64,000 bases of DNA from a virus (IMGVR_UViG_3300031993_000014:50987-114986), one strand, 5' to 3'. Positions 18,306 to 27,617 are shown, numbered from the stretch's first letter. Notes: generated from the letters alone by a model not told the origin. Numbers and translations are program-made.

Positions 18306-18872
18306 ATGACAAAGAAAGACAACAAGACCGTAAAGCATACAAGAGTCATAGCTGAATGGATACAGAAGCTTTCTACGGAGAGCGAAGTAAAAGACTTCTT
18401 GAGTACAATAAAGGATCCCTTCGGTGATCCTCAGTTCGACTTCTATAAAGACAAGGATGACGTGCTGTATATGGCAGGAAGCGGTTACAACGAAGACCTG
18501 AAGGGTCTCTTGTTTGATATTCTCGGAAAGGAAGAAATGGCTAAACCTGAAAGAGATATCTTCTATCCACCTGGAGATGACTGTAGCATATTCGACGAGA
18601 AAAATATCGATTACGACAAGCTAGAAGCGTATCATAAAAAATACGATAAGCTATTCTTAGAAGACTACAATATCATAACCTTCTATGAGAATAACTATGG
18701 TGGTAACACTACACAGGCTTATCTCTTCTATGTAGTCTCTTTCGATAAACGTGTAATGTATACCTTTGGATACGAAGAATCGAACGAAGGAGACGAGAGT
18801 GGTTTAAGCCATCGTATGACCACCAATCTTGATACCCTCGAAGTGATCTGGGAATCACCCAAACTGATTTAA
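18306..18872 (+). CDS. hypothetical protein
   Basis: 188 aa, RBS aaaggagaaaacaaATG. Confidence 0.75.
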   Translation: MTKKDNKTVKHTRVIAEWIQKLSTESEVKDFLSTIKDPFGDPQFDFYKDKDDVLYMAGSGYNEDLKGLLFDILGKEEMAKPERDIFYPPGDDCSIFDEKNIDYDKLEAYHKKYDKLFLEDYNIITFYENNYGGNTTQAYLFYVVSFDKRVMYTFGYEESNEGDESGLSHRMTTNLDTLEVIWESPKLI

Positions 18873-18889
18873 CAAGAACTGAGGTAATC

Positions 18890-19339
18890 ATGAAAGATCT
18901 CTATATGTTTGGCGTGAATATTGCAAAAGCCGATAATCCCGGCAACGTATACAATGAAGTAACTAAGGCCATAGAAGCGGGAATAATACTGGGAAAGAAG
19001 AATCTTAGGATCATCTGTGCTCCAGTGTCAGATTCCAAAATAGCTACTGGGCCTTGGCCCATCAAGACCGCAGAGGAGATTGTCGGAAATCATCCTGAAG
19101 ACGAGACTACAGGAGTAGCCTTTAATTCTGGTTTCTACGATCTGTCTACTGTGACCGACGAAGAACGAATATCATTCATGAATGGTGCTATGCTGAAATT
19201 CGGAAAGTTGGCCTTGTCCTATACGTACAACATTGCCTTCCGGACAATAAGCGAACCGAATCATTATTGTATCATTGCAGATCTGAACTGTAAGAACAGA
19301 ACAAAATTCGATTTCGAGAAAGGGAGAGATACAAAATGA
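18890..19339 (+). CDS. hypothetical protein
   Basis: 149 aa, RBS gaggtaatcATG. Confidence 0.75.
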   Translation: MKDLYMFGVNIAKADNPGNVYNEVTKAIEAGIILGKKNLRIICAPVSDSKIATGPWPIKTAEEIVGNHPEDETTGVAFNSGFYDLSTVTDEERISFMNGAMLKFGKLALSYTYNIAFRTISEPNHYCIIADLNCKNRTKFDFEKGRDTK

Positions 19340-19905
19340 TCGAAAATGCTGTCAGGACTAAGCTTGAGGCAGTCTTCCGTGGTGCTTCAAACTCAGGCGA
19401 AATCTATGTTCCATTATTCTTGGCTAAGGGCGAGCTTCAGGATAGGCATTACTACATTCACCCCGCCAATATAAGACTGGATGTCTTCAGGAGTATGCTC
19501 GCTGTCAACGATAGACTTACGATTTTTATTCCAGACGACTTTGAACAGCTTTCTTCCATTCTTAAAGAAGTCGATACATACGAAAACTGCTATTTTGCTA
19601 ATACGTCAAGCTTTTGGGAGCTTGACGATCTCAAAGAAAATGAATATGGCATTATAGCCGTGAATTCCGACTTAGATATCTATAAGATCATCTTCAAGCA
19701 ATACGCAAATAATCTTCCTTACTTTATCAAATCGGCTTTTTACAAGTTCAATCTTGAAATGGACAGAACCTTTATCAAAAAGCTGTTGGCGTTCAATGAT
19801 AAATGTTTTGAGCCTGCACGTAAAAGGATAGCTGCATTCGACACTCTTGACGTGTTTGTCAGGCTTAGACAGAACTTTATTGAAATCACTCAATCTGGCA
19901 TATAA
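19336..19905 (+). CDS. hypothetical protein
   Basis: 189 aa, ATGA overlap, RBS gggag. Confidence 0.7.
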   Translation: MIENAVRTKLEAVFRGASNSGEIYVPLFLAKGELQDRHYYIHPANIRLDVFRSMLAVNDRLTIFIPDDFEQLSSILKEVDTYENCYFANTSSFWELDDLKENEYGIIAVNSDLDIYKIIFKQYANNLPYFIKSAFYKFNLEMDRTFIKKLLAFNDKCFEPARKRIAAFDTLDVFVRLRQNFIEITQSGI

Positions 19906-19917
19906 AAGGAGGTAACA

Positions 19918-20580
19918 ATGGATAATCAAGAGATCAAAAGACCAGAATCGACATATATTTATGTTGATGTTACCGGGAAATGCGACGATGACTTCGGTAA
20001 TAAAGCAGAGTATACACAGTACTACGTAAAGGCTCATGCTGACGCATACTTTGACTATCTTGAGAAGACTATTGGAGAATTAAAATCTAAACTAGCAGCA
20101 AAAGGAGAAATAATGGCAAAAACAAAAATCATTGTAGTAGACATCGACGGAACGCTCTCGGATGCTACAGACAGAGCCAACAAGTATCTTGGAGAAAATC
20201 CCGACTGGGATAGTTTCTACAAAGCTTGTGGTAGCGATGCACCGATCAAACCAGTTATCGAACTGGTTGAAACGTTGTCATTCGGCTACAAGGTTGTGTT
20301 CTGTTCTGGAAGAAGAGAAAGCTGTCGTACGGACACGGAGGCATGGATAGACAAATATGTCCTTCTGTATGGCAATAACACCAAGCCATTTACGTTCTTG
20401 TTCCGCAAGGATGGCGACACGAGACATGATGTCATCGTGAAACCTGAAATGCTTGACAAGTATCTCTCTGAACACCCTGACGAAGAAGTGTTCTGTACCA
20501 TTGAAGACCGTAATTCAATGGTACAAAAGTGGAGAGAGCTGGGTTATCTCTGTATCCAGCCCGCTGATGGCAACTTCTAA
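19918..20580 (+). CDS. HAD phosphatase (T4 PseT/PNKP phosphatase-domain-like), second in-frame start at 20113
   Basis: VVDIDGTL, FCSGR, KPEM, TIEDR HAD motifs; RBSs at both 19918 (aggaggt) and 20113 (aaggag). Confidence 0.85.
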   Translation: MDNQEIKRPESTYIYVDVTGKCDDDFGNKAEYTQYYVKAHADAYFDYLEKTIGELKSKLAAKGEIMAKTKIIVVDIDGTLSDATDRANKYLGENPDWDSFYKACGSDAPIKPVIELVETLSFGYKVVFCSGRRESCRTDTEAWIDKYVLLYGNNTKPFTFLFRKDGDTRHDVIVKPEMLDKYLSEHPDEEVFCTIEDRNSMVQKWRELGYLCIQPADGNF

Positions 20581-20586
20581 AATTTT

Positions 20587-20636
20587 AGGTCTACCTTCGG
20601 GTAGGCCTTTTTCTTTTTTTGTATAGCATATAAACC
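20587..20636 (+). terminator. terminator fused to early-type promoter
   Basis: aggtctacc-ttcg-ggtaggcct, T run, then catataaacc. Confidence 0.75.
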
Positions 20637-20665
20637 TATAGTGCAACTATCATAAAGGAAACAAT

Positions 20666-21001
20666 ATGCCTAAACACAAAATTATTTGCGAGTTTTGTTT
20701 CAGTGACTATGCCCCCATAGACACTAAAATCATCGTCATGAAATTCATGAAACATTTTATGAAGAAGAGAGCAGACGTGGACTTCAAAGGTAAGATAGAA
20801 CCAGACAAGAAAGAAGGAGTACTAGTCTGTTGTACCAAAGAGAGAATCAAGGGATCCGCAGACTGGAGATCTAGAAATTTTACCTTTGGTGATCTTCAGG
20901 AGTTCATTGTTGGTCTCGTCACGAATGATATAGCAACCACACGTGAGATCATTGAAGCATCAACGGAAGTCTGTACCTATACGGAAATAAGAGGCGAATA
21001 G
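20666..21001 (+). CDS. hypothetical protein
   Basis: 111 aa, RBS aaaggaaacaatATG. Confidence 0.7.
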   Translation: MPKHKIICEFCFSDYAPIDTKIIVMKFMKHFMKKRADVDFKGKIEPDKKEGVLVCCTKERIKGSADWRSRNFTFGDLQEFIVGLVTNDIATTREIIEASTEVCTYTEIRGE

Positions 21002-21022
21002 ACCATACTCAGGGAGATAAAA

Positions 21023-22057
21023 ATGGAAATGTCAACATTAGAGCTAGCGCATCTCTTTCACCTTGCACCCATCGGTATTAATTGCAGAATGGGCGATCCT
21101 TTCCAACCGACGCAGTGGGAAGGAACCATGCGCAGACTGTTGGAGCTCAACGCTTGCGGTCACGCTGGCCCGGTGATTCTGGTAACGAAATCAATGATCT
21201 ATGATGAACAGATCACTTGGCTGAGCCGTTTCACTTCGAATCTTAACCTATTCGTGTTCTTCTCCATCACCGGACTCTGGGAGAGGTATAAGCTTGAAGA
21301 GAACCTTGACAACTTTAAGAACTTTGCTTCCAAGATCGTCAAGGTTAAACCTATCATGTTTATGCGTCCTATCATTCCGGGGGTGAACACTAAGAACGGG
21401 ATTCTTGAACCGATCATTGAGACTGCTAGCCAGTATTCTGCAAAGAAGATTATCTTCTTCCGTAGCTACAAGCCCAGAGAAGGTAACGAAATGTTTACTA
21501 CACCGTACCTTGATAAGCTCCAAAATCTCTGTGACAAGTATGGAGCCATCAATGGCGGTGATAGTAAATGGCTTGCAGAAACATTCAACATCCCGTCACT
21601 GAAGAGACTGGAACCTATGGGCGATGATGAAGCTAACAGCTTCATTGAAGCTATGAGATACACCGATGTCTTCCGTGCAACTAACGGCGAGATTACTACT
21701 ATTGCAGAGAATACTCGTTATCTTACACAAGGCGATGCTAACTTCTTCAAGATGTTCACTCGTCTCAATGTAGAAAATGACGCGATTTTCCGTAAAGTAG
21801 CTTACATGACAAGACCTCTGCTCGGCTTCGTTCAAGCTAATGTCGAAAGTAGCTGGCTTGGATGGGGCGAGAATAAACATTGCGACATCGGTTGTACATA
21901 CTGTATTGCCAACAACAGCTATGATACAATGATACAAGAATACGGGTATAACTTTGATCTCATTGTTGATCGTAAGATCAGATATGATCTCATAAGGAAT
22001 GCCCTCATCAAAGAAAAGAAACCATATCAGGAGACTATAGAATGCAACCAAAATTAA
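21023..22057 (+). CDS. radical SAM-like protein with C-terminal CxxxCxxC (DUF1848/SPL-like arrangement)
   Basis: GDPFQP, LVTKS, FFSITG, MRPIIPGVN core motifs; CDIGCTYC near the C-terminus. Confidence 0.65.
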   Translation: MEMSTLELAHLFHLAPIGINCRMGDPFQPTQWEGTMRRLLELNACGHAGPVILVTKSMIYDEQITWLSRFTSNLNLFVFFSITGLWERYKLEENLDNFKNFASKIVKVKPIMFMRPIIPGVNTKNGILEPIIETASQYSAKKIIFFRSYKPREGNEMFTTPYLDKLQNLCDKYGAINGGDSKWLAETFNIPSLKRLEPMGDDEANSFIEAMRYTDVFRATNGEITTIAENTRYLTQGDANFFKMFTRLNVENDAIFRKVAYMTRPLLGFVQANVESSWLGWGENKHCDIGCTYCIANNSYDTMIQEYGYNFDLIVDRKIRYDLIRNALIKEKKPYQETIECNQN

Positions 22058-22422
22058 TGATCATTTATAACTTCAGCGATGTTGCGTTTCCACTCTGCGG
22101 ATTCATTGATGAAGACAGACGGAAAATGCTCATCGACATCTTCACCAGACAAAAGACATACGTTAATGATAACACGATTAGTTATGAAATCTCTGAGAAT
22201 TATTTCTGCGAAATGAGCACTAAGGAAGTTCTCGATGCTCTTAACAGACCGTTCGATATCGATGTCAGTAATATTCCTGCCGAGATCTTGCCATTCGATC
22301 CTGCCACTGCTATAGCAGAAAGTGAAGGATGGGTAATCAAGGTTGATGGTCAGGATGACTATAGACAAACAACCGTGGAAGAATACAAAGAAATAACAGG
22401 GAATGATGATTACTATGTTTAA
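22042..22422 (+). CDS. hypothetical protein
   Basis: 126 aa, RBS aggagactatagaATG. Confidence 0.65.
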   Translation: MQPKLMIIYNFSDVAFPLCGFIDEDRRKMLIDIFTRQKTYVNDNTISYEISENYFCEMSTKEVLDALNRPFDIDVSNIPAEILPFDPATAIAESEGWVIKVDGQDDYRQTTVEEYKEITGNDDYYV

Positions 22423-22711
22423 AACAGTATTTGTAATGTACATTAGTCTTAGTACTGGCGGTATTAACACAGACCTTCAATTCAAGGATGCTGCCTCTTG
22501 CGAAAATGCGAGACACCAGATTGCAGTAACAAGTAGACCACACTTCTCTACGTTTACTTCGTGTGTTAAGATGGATATCCCGCTTAAGAAGACAAAGTGC
22601 AAAATCATTAACAAGACAGACTATTACAACAGCGAAAGCAATCGTTCCTATAGAGCAGTACCGATGAACGGATACCCGTATCCTGTTGAAATGATCTGCG
22701 AAGAACAATAA
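22403..22711 (+). CDS. small secreted/membrane-anchored Cys-containing protein
   Basis: hydrophobic N-terminus, FKDAASCENAR..SCVK; start could be 22415. Confidence 0.6.
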   Translation: MMITMFKTVFVMYISLSTGGINTDLQFKDAASCENARHQIAVTSRPHFSTFTSCVKMDIPLKKTKCKIINKTDYYNSESNRSYRAVPMNGYPYPVEMICEEQ

Positions 22712-22726
22712 CCGAGGAGACATACA

Positions 22727-23116
22727 ATGACTGAAGAAAAAGACAAAATCGAAGAGATGGGTTCGGCTGTTAGAACAATTACACGAAGAAGAGTCGAATT
22801 TCTTGATGCTCTCAAGAAATATAATTTCTCTATTCGTGGACTCGAACAGCGTATCCTCTCAGTAGATGATAGCATAGAGTTTATAGCTACAGGTATCCTT
22901 AATAGTATGGCGTCTGTAAGGATTACCAGAACATATAAGGCCAATGAAGTAACACAGCTTATCGAATATAAGATCGAAGAAGCTGCCCGTGGTACCTTCG
23001 CAGAACAGAAGTGTCTGGATAACCACCTTGACGCGATTTTCGCTCACATTGGGAAATTCAATGCTCTGTCTATTTATGATCGTAGGCACGACAAGGTAAG
23101 ACCTAAGAAAGATTAA
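22727..23116 (+). CDS. hypothetical protein
   Basis: 129 aa, RBS gaggagacatacaATG. Confidence 0.7.
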   Translation: MTEEKDKIEEMGSAVRTITRRRVEFLDALKKYNFSIRGLEQRILSVDDSIEFIATGILNSMASVRITRTYKANEVTQLIEYKIEEAARGTFAEQKCLDNHLDAIFAHIGKFNALSIYDRRHDKVRPKKD

Positions 23117-23120
23117 ACAA

Positions 23121-23150
23121 TGGCTAGGGTAAAACCTAGCCTTTTCTTTC
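23121..23150 (+). terminator. intrinsic terminator
   Basis: ggctaggg-taaaa-cctagcc plus T run. Confidence 0.7.
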
Positions 23151-23219
23151 TGGATTAAAACTTTATGAGTCTTTAAGAGGAAAAATGCCCAAATGTAGCA
23201 TAAGAGAATGATGTTAACA

Positions 23220-23262
23220 ACCCAGAGGAAACTCCGGGTTTCTTTTTTATAGTATATAAAAA
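23220..23262 (+). terminator. terminator fused to early-type promoter
   Basis: acccagag-gaaa-ctccgggt, T run, then gtatataaaaa. Confidence 0.7.
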
Positions 23263-23297
23263 AGAGAAAAATAAAAACCTAAAAACAAGGAGAGAAA

Positions 23298-23597
23298 ATG
23301 AAAAACGCTGAAGAGATTAGGAGAGAAGTCGAAGCAGATAATCTAGACAAAAGAGTTAAGAAAGTCTGTGATAACATTGAAGAACTGATTTCTGAAACAA
23401 TGAAGTACTCTTGCTTTAAGAGTATCAAGGTTTCTATAGAACAGGACACCGTCAATGATACTACCGTTTCTCATGTTATTGACAAACTTCGAGAAGCGGG
23501 TTATAGAATCATGGGCGAAGGTACTATCTGGTCTGCCAATACTAAGAAGCAGGCAAACTCGTACACTATCTCATGGGACTATGGGATAAAGCATTAA
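23298..23597 (+). CDS. hypothetical protein
   Basis: 99 aa, RBS aaggagagaaaATG. Confidence 0.75.
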   Translation: MKNAEEIRREVEADNLDKRVKKVCDNIEELISETMKYSCFKSIKVSIEQDTVNDTTVSHVIDKLREAGYRIMGEGTIWSANTKKQANSYTISWDYGIKH

Positions 23598-23619
23598 CCT
23601 CAACATCAAGGATACACAA

Positions 23620-24024
23620 ATGGAAAAAACCAAAATGAAAGAAGTAAAAGTTACAGCTGACAAGCAACTGACACCCGAACAGCTTGAACAGGTATTTAAG
23701 CAGGGTACCCACATTTTTAAGACTGTCGAAGCCACGATTCAGACAGCTCTTAATGAACACAAGGCGGAAGTTAATACATTGGCCGACGCTCTCAAGTTTG
23801 CTTGGGAGATCATTAAGGAACTCCCGGCTATCTTGGATGATAATCTTCCGTTTTACAAGGCTTTCATCAAGCCGCTTAAGCTTGGCAAGGACAGAGAAGG
23901 CATGGTCTACTCCTACGTAGGCAATGTCTTCGTTACACCTATCGTCATGGCTACGGTAGACATGTGGTACAAAGAACTGGAAGCGGAACGTAAAGCACCT
24001 AAGACTAAGGAGATTGCTTCCTAA
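23620..24024 (+). CDS. hypothetical protein
   Basis: 134 aa, RBS aaggatacacaaATG. Confidence 0.75.
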   Translation: MEKTKMKEVKVTADKQLTPEQLEQVFKQGTHIFKTVEATIQTALNEHKAEVNTLADALKFAWEIIKELPAILDDNLPFYKAFIKPLKLGKDREGMVYSYVGNVFVTPIVMATVDMWYKELEAERKAPKTKEIAS

Positions 24025-24197
24025 TGTTGGACAGCAAAGCCATAAGAGAACACAAGAAGATGCGACATATCTTTAACTCTTTGAGTAGAAAATTCATTCA
24101 AAGCAAGGATTATAGACGCGCGCATCATTCTAAGAAATGGTATAAGGCTTATATTAAAGAAATGAGCAACGAATTACTGGAGAACCTAGATGGATAA
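24024..24197 (+). CDS. small basic protein (57 aa, not in ORF track)
   Basis: MLDSKAIREHKKMRHIFNSLSRKFIQSKDYRRAHHSKKWYKAYIKEMSNELLENLDG; TAATG overlap, RBS aaggag. Confidence 0.6.
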   Translation: MLDSKAIREHKKMRHIFNSLSRKFIQSKDYRRAHHSKKWYKAYIKEMSNELLENLDG

Positions 24198-24477
24198 GCA
24201 AAGACACGAGAACAGAAGCCATAAACAGAGACGCTATGTTCTCAATAACATTCTTCGAAGAGAAATCAGGAGCAAAAGCTTGCGCAAGTTCTGGAGAAAA
24301 CATAAGTGGATAGACATCTATCTGCTTTCGTTCCTAGACAAGCACTACTGCTTTGCGGTTACACCACACAATCAGTGGGAACAAGCTTATATGTTCTTCC
24401 TTGGTATTGCTTCCGAGAGATATGACCTTGAAGGTTATCTTCTTAAGAAACAGGAGAAGGAAGAATGGCACTCCTAG
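24190..24477 (+). CDS. basic hypothetical protein
   Basis: 95 aa, overlaps neighbours, RBS ggag. Confidence 0.6.
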   Translation: MDKQRHENRSHKQRRYVLNNILRREIRSKSLRKFWRKHKWIDIYLLSFLDKHYCFAVTPHNQWEQAYMFFLGIASERYDLEGYLLKKQEKEEWHS

Positions 24478-24920
24478 CAGATTCCTGTATGAATGCCTAC
24501 CAACGAAAACATGCGAAGAGACTTGGTGAAATAGAGAAAGACGTCACCGAGATAATCGATAGCCTTACTTCAAAGCTTCCACAACAGATCATGAAGACCC
24601 TTGAAGACTATTGTGATGTCTTCATTAATGATGGAACCATGAAGCTTGTTGTTAAGCTGGTTCCAGAAGACGAATCAGTGTATCGGTTGACGGCTCCCGT
24701 TTCTCGTGGTGACCAGGTTTACAATATTCTGCATCTAATAATTAAAAGCAAGGCATTAAAACAAGTTATAAATTTCTACGAAAAACAACAAGTGAGCGTG
24801 AAATTAAAGAAAGCAATTTTAAGCCTTCTAGAGTCACTTGGCGACAAAGTAGAACTTGGCACGGACTGTACTAACCTAGAATTCTCGTACATTGTAAAAC
24901 TACGAGATCCAGTGAGGTAG
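24465..24920 (+). CDS. hypothetical protein
   Basis: 151 aa, RBS aaggaagaATG. Confidence 0.7.
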   Translation: MALLADSCMNAYQRKHAKRLGEIEKDVTEIIDSLTSKLPQQIMKTLEDYCDVFINDGTMKLVVKLVPEDESVYRLTAPVSRGDQVYNILHLIIKSKALKQVINFYEKQQVSVKLKKAILSLLESLGDKVELGTDCTNLEFSYIVKLRDPVR

Positions 24921-24996
24921 CATCCTATAAATTATTAAGCCCACTAACACTGGGCTTTTATTTTTTGCTCTGAGAGACACATTAACCAATCTAAAG

Positions 24997-25008
24997 AACT
25001 AGAAAATG
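24997..25008 (+). promoter_or_regulatory. AACT-N4-AWTR phage promoter (recA)
   Basis: AACTAGAAAATG, about 88 nt upstream of the recA ATG. Confidence 0.6.
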
Positions 25009-25095
25009 GCCGAAGTACTGCGTCATCGACGTATTGCGGACAGCTACAGTTCACTTACTCAACAATCAACAAACATCTAACTAACAGAGGTTACT

Positions 25096-26352
25096 ATGTC
25101 TCTTATGTCCAAATTCCGTGAAAAGACTATGGGTGCTCAGCGCAAGGGTGAGTATTTCAAGGATCATGCCATCCCGACTGGCTTCACGCTCATCGACCTT
25201 GCTAACGGTTGTATCGATCAGGAAAATAACTGCTTTGAAGCAGGTCTTCGTACTGGTCGTATCTTCTCCGTTTGCGGGTTCTCCGGTTCTGGTAAGTCTA
25301 CGCTTATTGCGCAGCTCACATTCCCGATGGCGAAGCAATTCGAGAATGCTGACGTCTTCTGGTTCGACGCTGAAAAGGCTGCTAACGGTAAGTCCCGCTT
25401 CATTCAGCTTTACTGCGGTCATGACAAAAATCCGGAATTGCTCCAAAAGTTCTACGAACAGGTTCGCATAGAAAGTGAAAACACTTATCTTGACAACCTT
25501 GCTGAGTTCATCAAGGAAACGCACGATTTCAAAATGCAGCATCTTGAAGAACTCACCGAAGAAATTGTGGGCTACGACGGCAAGAAACATCAGGTTCTTG
25601 CTCCGACAATTATTGCGGTTGACTCGTTGGCTGCTACATTCTCCAAGTCTTCTTCTTCCAAGGCTGAGGATGACGGCGAATTGTCGAATAAGACAGCTGG
25701 CGCACAGCAAGCCATTGAAAACAATGACTTCATGCACAAGTCTCTGAACATGCTCTATTCTGCGAATATCATGATCGGGCTTGTATCTCACTTGAACACA
25801 AAACCCACTATGGGTACACCTGAAGTTTCTAAGATCCCGTTCCTCCCGCCTAACGAAAATATCAAGGGTGGTTCCGGCCCGGTGTTCGATGCCGACTTCA
25901 GTGCCAAAATCTTTAAAGGAACAATTCTCCATGCGGAAAAGGACTATGGCTTCGACGGTTTCGTCAACTATATCCAGATTTTGAAATCGCGCTCTAATGT
26001 GGCTGGTCGCAAGTACCCGTTGGTATTTGACAGTACACACGGTGGTGTCTATGATAATCTCTTGTCTAACGTACAGTTCTTGTATGAAACAGGCGATATT
26101 AAAGCTGCTGGCCCGTACAGCGTGTTGAACTCTCTGCCTAGCGTCAAGTTCACTAAGAAGACGGTTCGTGAAGTGGTTGCACAACACCCGGAACTCGGTG
26201 ATGCTATTGAAGCAAAGGTTATTGAGATCATGACTGGCAAGATGTACCATTGCCCGATTGTCACAACGGATTCTACTGTCTCTGTTGAAGAAGCACAGAA
26301 GATCCAAGCGGAAATGGGCACAAAGGTTACGAACGCTGCTGAAGCTAAGTAA
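25096..26352 (+). CDS. recA: RecA/UvsX-like recombinase
   Basis: IPTGF..ID, Walker A GFSGSGKST, WFDAE, Walker B IAVDSLAA, GGSG..FDA, ILKSR. Confidence 0.88.
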   Translation: MSLMSKFREKTMGAQRKGEYFKDHAIPTGFTLIDLANGCIDQENNCFEAGLRTGRIFSVCGFSGSGKSTLIAQLTFPMAKQFENADVFWFDAEKAANGKSRFIQLYCGHDKNPELLQKFYEQVRIESENTYLDNLAEFIKETHDFKMQHLEELTEEIVGYDGKKHQVLAPTIIAVDSLAATFSKSSSSKAEDDGELSNKTAGAQQAIENNDFMHKSLNMLYSANIMIGLVSHLNTKPTMGTPEVSKIPFLPPNENIKGGSGPVFDADFSAKIFKGTILHAEKDYGFDGFVNYIQILKSRSNVAGRKYPLVFDSTHGGVYDNLLSNVQFLYETGDIKAAGPYSVLNSLPSVKFTKKTVREVVAQHPELGDAIEAKVIEIMTGKMYHCPIVTTDSTVSVEEAQKIQAEMGTKVTNAAEAK

Positions 26353-26356
26353 ATTA

Positions 26357-26391
26357 AATAGAGTATCCCCTTGAGGGATACTCTATATTTT
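26357..26391. terminator. bidirectional terminator
   Basis: tagagtatcccc-ttga-ggggatactcta between convergent genes. Confidence 0.8.
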
Positions 26392-26950
26392 AAGAGCGTG
26401 TAATGCACAAGGCAATGGCGGTCTTAGAAGACACAGAAAACTTATCTGTATCAAGATTCAACTTAGTGGCTAGTCTTGAAATGAAAGACAGCTCCCGACC
26501 ATAGATACGCTTGTACAGAGTCTTTGATTCTACAAGCTTACAAAGATAGTCAAATACTTTCCATAAACTTTTTTCATCTGGTTCTCTACTGATTATAAGG
26601 TCTTTTGATCGGTTAAGTTTTTCGCTAAGATACTGTTCCAAGTTCTCAGCTTTCTTGATGTACAATTCTCTGCTTATAGCTCTAGCGAGGAGCTTGTGAT
26701 CCATATCGCGGATATCTTCAAAGAAGAAACCTTCTTGACCAAGGATGTTAGCCGTAGCCATAAGGCTCTTCTCTTCGAGACCCTGCTTGATGGTATGAAC
26801 GCGTTCGTTGATCTTCTTTAGTATCGTTTCATTATCAGAAGATACAGCGAGGCGTTCACCATAATCAAACCACTTCGAGAGAGCTTTAGCAAAGATTGCG
26901 CCAGCTTTTTCTGTGTCTCCGTACGCATATACTTTTTCAGGTGTATACAT
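26390..26950 (-). CDS. hypothetical protein (possibly virion)
   Basis: 186 aa, RBS taggagtctcctATG, same operon as two paralogous genes. Confidence 0.7.
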   Translation of the reverse strand: MYTPEKVYAYGDTEKAGAIFAKALSKWFDYGERLAVSSDNETILKKINERVHTIKQGLEEKSLMATANILGQEGFFFEDIRDMDHKLLARAISRELYIKKAENLEQYLSEKLNRSKDLIISREPDEKSLWKVFDYLCKLVESKTLYKRIYGRELSFISRLATKLNLDTDKFSVSSKTAIALCITRS

Positions 26951-26967
26951 AGGAGACTCCTAGGGGA

Positions 26968-27606
26968 TTACTTCTTGCCGTTAGCGAGAGCGTTGTAGCG
27001 GGATTTAGCCATCTTCAACACTTGCTCCATACCGGGGAGAAGCTGTTTAGTTTTGTTACGGATACGGTCAAGATTGTCATAGCGGTCGCTAACTACGAGT
27101 CCGCCGCCAATGAGACCGATGAGACCGAAACCGACACCCATAAAGGCGAGCCACTGGAAGGAGAGCAACCATCTGAAGAAAGCTTCAAACGTGAGTCTGC
27201 CTTCGACAAAGTCCTTCATCTTACGAATATCATTTTCGATCTGGTCGATGAGAGCATTGACTTCAAGAGAAGTCGAAGCTGTCTTGATCTCATCACGGTA
27301 GTAGTCGATCATCTTAGTACGGTCGGAGTTGAGGTACTTGTCGATGAAACCATTAACACGGGCATCTGCACCTTCCTTAGCAGGGAGCATGCTCATGATG
27401 GTATCATAACGATCTTGAACTTCCATGAGAGTTTCGGCAGCAGTCTTAGCATCGAGTTCATCGAGCAAGATCTCTTCATCGTTGTTAAAGTTAGCTGCAA
27501 GGAACTTGCGTTTCTTTTCGAAAGCGTCAGCAACAACGCCTTCGTTAGCGGTGATGAAAGCAGCAAAGTCTGCCTTAGAAGCACAAACGGGATTGAGTTT
27601 CTGCAT
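26968..27606 (-). CDS. putative internal virion protein, paralog 1
   Basis: shares IDKYL.SDR.KM..Y and DFV.G..TF..F.R..hydrophobic segment with 27618-28310. Confidence 0.6.
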   Translation of the reverse strand: MQKLNPVCASKADFAAFITANEGVVADAFEKKRKFLAANFNNDEEILLDELDAKTAAETLMEVQDRYDTIMSMLPAKEGADARVNGFIDKYLNSDRTKMIDYYRDEIKTASTSLEVNALIDQIENDIRKMKDFVEGRLTFEAFFRWLLSFQWLAFMGVGFGLIGLIGGGLVVSDRYDNLDRIRNKTKQLLPGMEQVLKMAKSRYNALANGKK

Positions 27607-27617
27607 ACTTGTTCTCC

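Noticed and set aside
25081-26307. 408-aa ORF antisense to recA
   Set aside because: Shadow ORF caused by codon bias (few TTA/CTA/TCA codons in the real gene); no RBS or motifs
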